A DNA stretch of 64,000 nt from Octopus bimaculoides (taxonomy: Eukaryota): contig NC_068998.1 in assembly GCF_001194135.2 (NCBI RefSeq), positions 52,046,825 to 52,110,824 of the forward strand. Direction: 5' to 3'. A model generated the notes under the pieces. That model had not been told where the DNA came from and did not search any database. It was given only the letters and a program-made list of their open reading frames with translations. The position numbers were made by a program, and so were the translations under genes. Within the stretch, counting starts at the first letter, position 1. Every line of letters starts with the position of its first letter. This document shows positions 15,225-27,291 of the stretch, piece after piece.

Positions 15225-16069
15225 ACAGTAACAGTAGTAGTAGTAGTAGTAGTAGCATGAGGTGGTGGTGGTGGTGGCTGTTGTTGTTTAATAGTAGCGT
15301 GATAATGGTTTTGGTTGTAGTGGTACTAGTGTACAAGTTTGATGAAACATGGTGCTAGCAGCTTAAAGATGCTTAAATATTAATGAAAATAAAGTATACA
15401 ACATCTTGCTTTTCCACAGAAGCTAAGATGATTTATATATCTCCAATATTTTAACATCTGCTGAACGTTATATCATATCTTGACTTTTCCAACACTACAA
15501 TTACATGATGGATCCCAGTGAAATAGATTAAGAAATGAGAGGAAATATACAAATGTGAAATACTAAAACAGTCTCACCATCCATATTATAATCGGTGCCA
15601 TTTGTTTGCAATTTTCCATAAAAACATGTTTGGCCATCAAGTTGTTTGTTATTTGAAAGACTAAGGGAAATATTAACTTATTTATAAAGAGTTGAATGCT
15701 TGATGATGATGATGATTTTGATGGTGGTGATGAAGATGATGATAATGATGATGATGATGCCACCACCACTGAAGCCACTCCTAACCCTCACCAATGACAT
15801 CTTGACAAATTGAATCCAATCATGTTTTTTTCATAAATTTGAATAAAAAGATGTAATTCAAATGTGCATTTGTGTGCTTATATATGTGTGTGTGTGTGTG
15901 TGTGTGTGAGATACTCATAAAGCATTGTTTCTTTTTTTTGTTTTCTTATTACTAATTTTCAGCAACTGACAAATTTGTGATTTAACTCCTATTAATTAAC
16001 CTGTTTGCTACTTAAAATATCTAATATTATTTTATAGTGAAAGTCTTAGTAACCAACACATTCATTTTT

Positions 16070-16110
<41 letters not shown>

Positions 16111-19100
16111 TTCTCTTTATTTTTTTCCAACAGCTACAAAATTTGGTAATATAGTGGTGGACAATAATGCTGACTTAGAGCAAGTACGAGTGCACATCAA
16201 TCAGTTATACATGGTAGGTTATCCTTTGTAAACAACTTGTATTTACTTAAACGGGATAACTTCATCATACACCATAAGCAGAAATAAATATTTCATGATT
16301 GAACATTCGTCTAAAGAAGAAAAAATAAATAAATTCTCTTTTACACAAACCCATCACCCACCACCCACCCACCCACACACACACATACACTTCTACTCAT
16401 CTGAGCCCTTGTGGGGGTTGCCTGGACATTTCATCTCTAATGTTTGTCCCTTCACAACTCCTACTAAATCTGAACAACCCTGTAGCTCTCCTACAAAACT
16501 TGCTCTGCCTCCCACCTCATACTTTAATTTGTCATCCCCCTCGAATAAAGTCATCCCAGCCATCCTCAGGGATCATAGTGTTGTGAGCTGACTGGTGACC
16601 CCAATTGTGCTGGTGTCATGAAAAAAGAAACTCTCAGTACACTCTGTAAAGGGGTTGGCATTAGGAAGGGCATCCCAGCCATAGAAACTATGCCAAAGTA
16701 GATGCTGGACCATGATGCAGTATCCATCAGATTAACCCATCAGATTAACCCATCAGATTCTGTCAACCCATCTAACCCATGCCAGCATGGAGCAGTGATG
16801 AATGATCATGGTGATAGTGATGATGTATAATGATGACGATGACGACAACAAATTGTCAGTTCCAAAACATCAGTTTGCTGTTCTACCCTTACCATAAAAA
16901 ACATGTCCAGACTCATTATTTTCACTTTATAGTTTCTGTCAATACAGATCATCACCATTTTCTTTGTAGTCTACTATTTCATTATGTTTTTTTCTAATGT
17001 TTAGTTTTGCTATGTTAAAGACGTAAAGCAAATTGATATTTTGTATTTAAGGAACAAAGACTCCAATAAGAATCAAATTCATCATAAAAAAATCAATACA
17101 TGAACTGTCTTGCTTTGGGCAAAGTGTCTTTTTCTGTAGCCTCAGGTTGACCAAATGAAATGGCAACGGATAAATTTTAATTTTGTATGTTTTGATGACA
17201 AAGTCAAAAGAACGGCAGTTCATCATCATCATCATCATCATTGTTTAACGTCCGTTTTCCATGCTGGCATGGGTTGGACGGTTCAACTGAGGTCTGGGAA
17301 GTCAGGAGGCTACACCAGGCTCCAGTTTGATATGGCAGTGTTTCTACAGCTGGATGCCCTTCTTAATTCCAACCACACCAAAAGTGTAGTGGGTGCTTTT
17401 TACATGCCACCAGCACAGGGGCCAGAGGGGGCTGGCGATGACCACGATCAGTTGGTACTTTTTACGTACCACCAGCATGGGAGCCAGTCAAGGCGACACT
17501 GGCATCAGCCACATTTGGATGGTGCTTTTTACATGCCACCAGCACGGGGATCACAACTACAATTTCCATTTGATTTTGATGATGTATTCTGCAGAGTCTC
17601 TAAGACTGGCACCTGCTCTGAATACTTACAACGGATTGGACTCTGTTAGAACAGTCCGGTTTGGATATGTTGGAGACTCAGATTTAGAAGAATCCCCAAC
17701 TGTAACAAGATATCTGCAATATCTTGTTACACTTAGTTGCCTTATGAGTTCAAGTCCTAACAAAACCAACTTTGTTGTTATCTTTCCAGTGGTAAATTAA
17801 AATACCAGCTGCATTTTGGTGTAGATTTAATATTAAAATAAAGCAATAAATGAACAGTTTGAAAGACAGCAATTTACTGGTGTAGATTTAATATGGGCAT
17901 ATGGCGTAGTGGTTAAGAGCACAGGCTACTAACCCCAAGATTCCGAGTTCAATTCCAGGCAGTGACCTGTATAATAATAATACTAATTATAATAATAATA
18001 ACATCAAAAAATACCTTAGGAATGAGAACCCAGGTTCGAAATTTCCCCAAGTCACCTGATGAAGGCTGGAGGGTGTATGAGGATATATCTGCTGAAATGT
18101 GTTAATAACAAACAAGATGAGGAGAAATATCCATCAAATGTAAATAATGCACATAATTCCTCATCTCTTAAATATAGAACTGTAGATCTAATACTCCTCT
18201 AGAACTTTCTAGATGTGAATGGAATCATAATAGAAGAGAACTTGTTGACCTGTTCTGAGAGTAAAGGCTCAGTAAATTGCTGTCTTTCAAATTGTTCATT
18301 TATTTTTTATTTTACTGCTCTATAAAGTATACAGAAGTTTAAAAAAAAAAAAATAAATAAAAAACATTGATGCAAATGATTTTGTGAGAAAAACCAAAAT
18401 TAAAATGTTTTGCTGTTTTAGGAAACATTTGGTCCAGTAGTTGATGAAATGTCGTTGAATTGGTGTTTTTTAGACTGTAAGTACTTTTTATAAACTTGTG
18501 CATGAGCCTCTTCTATAGATGTGTGTATCTGATACTGGAAAAAAATTTCACAATAATGCTTTCTGCATAAAGAACATATAGTTAAGTGCAGCCTATCATA
18601 CTAAATATAGTGAGCTAAAAAGAATTTTTAATAAATAAAAATTTCATTCATAATGAAAAGCAAAACATTGGTGTTAAAAATTTCTGCCGAAAAAGACAAG
18701 GGAGAGAACTTCATTAACATAAATTTTTATTAATGCTAATGATTTTTCTTCTCGTTATGTGTTTAATTTGAATTGGTTAAAAATTATTTTCAGCTCACTA
18801 CTTTTAAGTTTAGCCGTACGTCAATGGAAATTTTGACTAGCAGGTAGTAATTGAATAGCATCTTTAGGTAAAGCAACATTTCCATAATTTAGCTTTAATT
18901 TCATCTTCTCATTTTGGTGAGTGCTTGAGGCTTTATGCAACCAGAAGTATATTTTTACTGTCGTTCACTTATATTTTTGTAATTATAAATATTAAATACT
19001 TCATCTCAAATGCAATTAAATTGTAATTTATGGTCAAAGTTTACCTTCAAGAGAACACCTGTCTCTTAGAACTAAGCATTAATGACCAATATTTAATATG

Positions 19101-22100
19101 ATAATAGCATTTTGATCATAATCAACAAAATTATATTAAATTGTTTTTTATGTTTTGACATCAATATTGTCAGTAACATTTTTATCGATAAAAAAAATCA
19201 CTCTTAAAAATTGATAGTACGTATATTACTCTATTTAATAATTTAATAAAATAAACCATAGAGATTAGTTAAACAATAGCTAAGTTAGTGTTAATATATT
19301 TAATGTAGTGACTATCAAAAATCTAATTAGAAATATTTATGCATGAGGAAAAGACAACTTTTGCTGATGGCTAAATATTATTATAACTTGAGTCTACTTT
19401 TGGGTAATATCAGGAAGGAGAAAAAAAAAATATTATTCAACTTTTATCATATTCTTTGATGCTTAAACAACATAACAAAATGAATATATATTTTCACAAC
19501 TAAAATATATATTACACTGAAATGAAATTAGACCAATTTTCCATTTATATAACTATTTTGTCATTTACCGATTTCATTCTCCTCTCTCTATGATTCTTTC
19601 TCTCTCACAGTGTGTGTGTGTGTGTAAGCAGGATTCGTTCATTCATTGCATGCCACATAGCCTAGTATGTGCACACATCCTACATTTCTTATGTATCTTT
19701 CTTTTACACTCTCCCCCCTCTATATATATGATATAAAGATGGAGAAATGAACCACTTTTTATATTGGCTGTAACTATGTAAAGAATATTTCCGTAATTGG
19801 ATATGTATATCCAGTTATTTCATTAGACCCTCTACTTGAGGTTTAGCCCAAGGTCAGCCCTCATAAAACAGACCTGTAATGAAAGATGTTCCCACTATAG
19901 CTATTTATATGTGTGTGTGTATAACTATATATCTGACCACATTGTTCAATATGTACAGTTTTTTTTTTTTTTTTAACCCAGTACGATATAATTTGGTCAA
20001 GATTTGTCTGCTATTTCTAGCAGATTCAGTGACTGAGTAGAGGTTCCTTTGTTATCTCAAGTAAATATTTTGGGGGAATAATTGGTGAATAACTATGAGG
20101 AATAACATAATCAATATATTTCATAACATCCAATAATTGATGAATAACCATAAGGAAGTATATAATATCAATATTTTGTAATATCCAATTATTGGCAAAC
20201 TGCTATNNNNNNNNNNNNNNNNNNNNNNNNNNNNNNNNNNNNNNNNNNNNNNNNNNNNNNNNNNNNNNNNNNNNNNNNNNNNNNNNNNNNNNNNNNNNNN
20301 NNNNNNNNNNNNNNNNNNNNNNNNNNNNNNNNNNNNNNNNNNNNNNNNNNNNNNNNNNNNNNNNNNNNNNNNNNNNNNNNNNNNNNNNNNNNNNNNNNNN
20401 NNNNNNNNNNNNNNNNNNNNNNNNNNNNNNNNNNNNNNNNNNNNNNNNNNNNNNNNNNNNNNNNNNNNNNNNNNNNNNNNNNNNNNNNNNNNNNNNNNNN
20501 NNNNNNNNNNNNNNNNNNNNNNNNNNNNNNNNNNNNNNNNNNNNNNTATGTATGTATGTATGTATATATTACATAACATCCAGTAGTGAATAACTATGTG
20601 GAAGTGTGTATCAACATATTTGTTGCATCCAATATTTTTTGTCATTTTATTTATTTTATTTTTTGTTTGTGAAAATATTTGTTTCTTTCAATGTTCAATT
20701 TGCCTCTTTTGATTGGCTCATAAGTTTAGATATAATTGAAGTCATCATGAAAAGATAATAGATGATGGGAAATTGACAGAAATAATAGAATGGTGAACCC
20801 AATACCTTGTGGTATTCAGTTACGTCTCTTTGCATTCCATCTCCATTACCGCCTTTCATTTTCTTGACTTCGCCATCTCCATCACCCACCCTACCCTCGT
20901 CCTGTCTACCTCTGTCTTCAGCAAACCCACAAACTCCCATTCCTACCTTAACTGTTTCTTGCACCCCACCCACACCAAGTGCTCCATCCCCTCTTCCTAG
21001 TTTTTCCCTCTCTCATGTCTCTGCTGCATTAACCTCAGCTTTTAGTCACAGGCTCATCACACAACCTGTCTTCCATACCTGTAGCATTGATTATACTCCA
21101 GCCCTTGCACCCTGTACCTGGAATCCCACCCATCACATTCCTTTTGTCCTTACCTTCCACCTTGCCCTTATAATGCACTATCCTCCAATCTTCCCTCTCT
21201 TCTGCCACCTACAATCTAACCCTGCTGCCTTCCAATTCTTCTCTCTTCCCCTCATTACTTTCTATAAGCATGCTTGCAGCCTTCTCTGTTCAAATTGCTC
21301 CAAGATCAGCCTTGGACTTTGTCCTTCTTAACTCAATAATATAAAGTACTGGGTTGATGTAATTTCCCCAAGACACCTGATGAAGGCTGGGGGGTATATT
21401 AGCTGAAATGTTGTGTTAACAACAAACAAGATGAGGACAAATATCTGTCTAATGTAAATAATGTAAATAATGTATATAATTCCTCATCTCTTAAATATAG
21501 AACTGTATTGTCTGTACATGTTTCAAATTCTCATGTTTATTAAAGTATATGTATTATTGTTATTTCCAAAGTTTGTGTGTTTTTTTTTTCTTGTTTGTTT
21601 GATTTTTTCTTTTTTTTTTTGCTCTATTTTTTATAAGGGTGATTAGATGTTCTCTCATGCCATTAATTTTCCTTTTAGCAACAACAGCTGAACGATTCTT
21701 TCGAATTGACAAGGCTCAAGAGCATTTACACTATATCACTGATATATCTTCTGAGGATCTGTTCATCCTAGACCATAACTTCATACCGCTGGACAACGTC
21801 TCCACACTCTCTAAAATGAGTGATGAAAACCATGCTGTGATAAAGAATGCTGATAAAAATTTACACAACGATGAACAACAACCAGAGCTCACTATTTCCA
21901 TTCCTGTTTCTGCACCAAAGTCTCTCAGGTAAAACAACTGGAATATCTTCATATTTTATGTACATGTATCATCATTGTCATCCCTATTGTTTTAGCATCC
22001 ACTTTTCCATTCTTACTTGAATGAGATGGAATTCTTTAAAGCAGATTTTCTGCAACCTAATGCCCTTTCTGTCACCAACCTTTACCTGTTTCTAAGCATT

Positions 22101-22605
22101 TGTCTCTCTTACTCAATATGACAATATCTGGCCAACGGTGTTCGATTACATTACCCTCTAGCAATGCTTTATGAGTGGAACTTAATAAACAGTTGCAGTA
22201 AAGAAACATGTTGAATATGTATGTGTGTATATATATGCATGAGCATGTATGTATGAGTATGTATATATATATATATGTGTGTGTGTATGTAATTAGTGTA
22301 GTATTCCATTATTAGTAGGATCAACAGAAAAAGTGCTCCATCCAGTGAGAGATGTACATCATTTAATATACACAGGATTTAAATGTGAGCTACTATTAGT
22401 TTCATGTTTCTGAAAGTACATTGGTCAGACAAGCTTGTATAGTGTGCTGTGTATTTTCAAGCTATCATACATGCACACATGAACATTTTTGAATGATACT
22501 TCCTTGACAAGTGACTTGATCTGAGATTACATGTTGAAACTGGAAGAATCATTGAAGCCAATTTCCACAATGTAATGAAATATATACACACATGCACACA
22601 CACGC

Positions 22606-22643
<38 letters not shown>

Positions 22644-24541
22644 CTTTTCCTGTAGATAGCTGGCAATATTGTAAACATTGGCAAGATAATTGGTAAATCA
22701 GTGCTTCTGAGCCAAAACTACCTTGTGTTAATAGTTCTGACCGAATTTCACCGATTCTCTTTTGTCACTGTCTCCATAGAAAATGCAGTGGAGCATTTAT
22801 TTTACAACAGGCTTTACTGATTCTCATAATCTTTGTAACTCTAATTCAAATATTGCAGTTATTTTAAATTCTCATTTTGTTACAAAAAGAAATTTGAAAA
22901 GAAAAAAAAACCCATAAAAACTGGAAATAGTTTTTTTTATTTCTTTTTCATGGAATGATTTGACATTGAAGCATAAAAAAGCTGTTTTATCTTAGTTATG
23001 ACTACTCATAGAATACTATGAGATGATTATTTTACTAATTGAGTTTTTTTTTTTTAAATTTTATAAATTACATTTCTACATGACTGCCTTGTATTTTTAA
23101 TTTTATAAATATTTTTATTAGTAAAACCAAGTTTTCTGGGTTTTTTATTGCTTTTCTTTCTTTTTGAATTAATCCTATTTTATAAAAAGAATGAATATCA
23201 GAAAAATCTTTGTATCACTTACTTCTCTTGTCTTGGACAAAAACCAGATTATATGGAATATTTCGACATCAATATCATTAGCCTTTTCATTACCAGATTT
23301 TTCTAATGAATTACACAATTCCTTTGTTTCAATTTATTTTGAAAATAATCAAAAATTCTGGAGAGATTTAATGAAATAACAATATTTTGGTTTTTGTTAT
23401 GAAAGCAGTGGTTTGAACTTGATTTTTTAAAATTTAAATGTGAGTACCTTAGAACAAGAGATTATGTATCATGGGATCAGATGCAGGCCGAGGCTGAGTG
23501 TTAACAAAAGGATTAAGAGGTCACACACACACACATATAAATAACGGGTTTCTTTCAGTTTCCATCTGACAAATCTACTCACAAGAATTTGATCGGTCCA
23601 AGGCTATAATGGAAGACACTTGCCCAAAGTGCTACACAGTAGGACTGAAGCTGGAACCATGTGGTTGGAAAGCAAACCACACAGCTACGCCTGTGCCTAT
23701 AGAGAAGAAGGATTGGCTGGTTGGTTTTTGATTGTGGTTCGGCTGCTTAATCAGGGCTGACTTTGCGCTAAAACAGCAAGAACAAAGAGGATCAAATGCT
23801 AAAAACTGTGATATATATTTGTCTTATAAGTGTGAAAACAACAAAGCATAATTTAAATTGGCAGCTATTGTTAAGCTATGGCATTGCATGTAGAATTCCA
23901 TATATATGTATATATATGTATATAGCAATGAATATGGAAATATTTCATGAGTCAAATAGTGTGATTATGTAATTTTTCAATATAAATTCCTCTCTTGTCA
24001 AGTTTCAAAGAATTATCTGCCATTATTCATTAAGATGATGGGATTAATTAATTAATGTTTGGTATAATTTCTTTCAAATATTAAATTTCTATACGCGATC
24101 AAGTATATGTTTATATAATATTATAAAATGATAATTAAATAATTAATAAAGGTAGTCAGCATCAATTTAAAGCCTTTTATGACTTCCTGTACCTTAGAAA
24201 TTACAGTTATAATTTCCTTCTGATGGCAGCAAAGTTTAAGTTAGACAAATTACAAGGTCAAAAAGAAGGATGTACATGTTAATCTTCAAATTGTTTTTAA
24301 CCGTTTTTCAAGAAATTCATTAAAAACTCTTATTAAATCTGTAACAGTGATTGCATGATAACATAAACTACCTTTTTATTATTATTGTTATTATTAAAGA
24401 AATATGTATCTAGTGTTTATCCAACTTGATTTCTAGCTATAGTCAATCAATAATGATTAAGTGTGAGGTATATCTCTAGCTATCTCTGAATTGACTGTAA
24501 TATATATATTTACGTAGGGGTGGGGTGTATAGAAACGTATT

Positions 24542-24572
<31 letters not shown>

Positions 24573-27249
24573 GCATACACACATGCATATACATATATTT
24601 ACATACATTATATATATAAATATATACACACATACATAGATGTGTGTGTGTTTATATATATATGTGTGTGTGTGTATTCACACACACATATATAAATGTA
24701 TGTATATGTGAGTGTGTGTGTATATATAATGTACATCAAAGAACAACAATAGGAAATAAAGATTTTTAAAAACTTATCAGATAATAGTTGGGTAATGATT
24801 TCTTTCTTTCTTTAATTATTTCTTTACTCTCTAATTAGTTACAAGTGGTTTCTTATCAATGAAAAGGACACTAAAGAAAATTAATCTGCATGAGACACAA
24901 CTTCACATGATAGTAACAAAAAAAAAAACATTTTTTTTTTAAAAACCACTGCAAGAAATCCTAAATTGTGTCAACCAATCAAAGATGCATTCACTGTGTT
25001 TGGACAAAGCTTCTCAGATTTTAATTCTTGATTAATAGAGTTTTTTTCTTTTTTAATCTTCGTTATTAGTAATCCTTGTTTTTCTTTAATAGCTAATTTC
25101 CATTGTTAAATTATCATGGGAAAAAATAATAATGCAAAAATAATTCCATAGACTTTATCTGAAGGTGCATTTCTCTTGAAATTGTTTTTTTCTTTTTTTT
25201 TTCTTACTGGTAGATAGTAATGCATCTCTAAAATTTGGTTCTTTCTTCAATCTTTTGGTAAAAACAGTTTGATCCAAGGTTATTGCTGGCATTGTGCCAA
25301 AATTAGAAAGAAATTATTATCATTGCAAAATATGTAGTGGCAAGTTAGCAGGATCGTTAGGGACAAAATTTAGCAGCATCTCTTCTGGTTCTTTACGTTC
25401 CAAGTTCAAATCCCACCAATTTCAACTTTGTTATCCTTTCAGGGTCCATTAAAATAAGTATCAGTCAAATACTGGGGTCAGTGTAATCAACTTGCCCCCC
25501 TCCCTTCAAAATTGCTGCCATTGTGCCAAAATTAAAAACACCATTATTGTAAAATGTCTGTCTAATATTCATGTAGTTCTTTTATTTAGAATTTCTCTCA
25601 TATTTATTTTTTATTCACTGAGTAAAAATAAGATCCTCTGATGTTTCATTGTAAAAAGTATGCAGCAATGAATTTAACTGACAAACAAGATTAGTTCATC
25701 TGACAAAGAAAAAAAAAACAGAAGTAATTGTAACAATATTGTTACTTAGAAGAAATATAAAACTTCTGTATGTTAATCAAATTCCATGATAGAATAAGTC
25801 CTGATTTATGTAGTTATTTTGAAGAAAACTTGCAGCTTGTTTATTTAGCCAAAGCAGTGTTTTAAAACTAATGCTTAAAATACCCATTATGTTTGTAAGT
25901 GTACATTTTCACACATATATATCTATATACTAAAATGCAACTCATTTTAACCTCTTTATAGTTGTCAGCCTGAATTCCCTGGTGACAAATTTCCATTGTC
26001 TACTGTCGAACCACACTGCCTTAACTCTTTAGACCGAAGTAAGTCATTTTATAATCATTATTTACTACTTCTTCTGCACTTAATGGATATTTGAACAAGA
26101 CTGAATCATCATCATCATCGTTTAACGTCCGTTTTCCATGCTGGTATGGGTTGGATGGTTTGACTGAGGACTGGCAAGCCAGGAGGCTGTACCAGGCTCC
26201 AATCTCATCTGGCAAGGTTTCTACAGCTGGATGCCCTTCCTAACACCAACCGCATAATGGGTGCTTTTTACGTGCCACTGGCACGAGGGCCAGTCAGGCA
26301 GTACTGGCATCGACCACACTTGAATGGTGCTTTTTGCATGCTACCTGCACAGGAGCCAGTCAGGTGGTACTGTCACCGACCACACTCAAATGGTGCTTTT
26401 TACATGCCACCAGCATCATCATCATCATCATCATCTGGCTTCCAGTTTAATGAGTAAAATCACTGCAAGAGCATATCTCCTCCCTTTTGCTTCATAACCA
26501 GCAAGAGGATCTTTCTGCTGCCTCTCCCATCCTGCACACAACTATATTTCATTATTTTCCTCTTATTTCAATAGTTGTAAACATTTTCCATTTTGTGTGG
26601 GTGCGCGTGTGAAGAATTGGTTTCCTGAAATAACTACAACTCCATCTGTACTGCAATTTATGTGAAAATTCTTACCATTCAACTATTCTCTTATGTTTCT
26701 TTTTAGTGGTCATTGATGCCTCTAAACATGGAGATTTACAAAAGGTTAGTAAAATATAAAAATATACCTAAAATTGTAACATTTTTACATTTGTTTTCCT
26801 TTTGTTTCATTGTATTATTAAACTGTGTTGTATTGTAAAACTCTTTTTTTTTTCTCTTTTTGTGCAATGTATGCTGTGTTCTCTTGCAATCTCTCTCCCC
26901 AAGAGAGAGAGAGAGAGAGAGCTTACTTTACTTGTCTACCTCTCTAATATATCTACTTATCTATGTATCTATTTGGTCCATTTATCTACATATTTTCATT
27001 TATAGTGACTTTAAAGTTTCAACCACCAATGGTTTAGCTAACCAAAACTCTGAAGTCACTATCAACAACATTCTTCTTTAAGAATAATAAATTTGCACTC
27101 TACATAAGACAAGAGTAGCCCATCAGATTAATGTAAAATTATTTTTATCATAACTGAACGTAGAAACAAACATTAACATATTTTTCATTTATCTATCTTT
27201 ACACACACACACACACACACACACTCTCTCTCTCTCTCTCTCATTAATG

Positions 27250-27291
<42 letters not shown>

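Noticed and set aside
15145-15358. Poly-Ser and poly-Leu ORFs
   Set aside because: Translations of trinucleotide microsatellites.
17155-17800. 164-aa and 135-aa ORFs
   Set aside because: They run through a family C element and its internal tandem repeats; not a gene.
17895-17965. tRNA-like sequence
   Set aside because: A and B boxes are present but I could not pair an acceptor stem, and it continues into a repeat body; treated as a SINE head.
27005-27081. Open frame [14 protein letters not shown] after an AG
   Set aside because: It fits only by skipping two upstream exons; splicing from the adjacent exon gives an immediate TGA.
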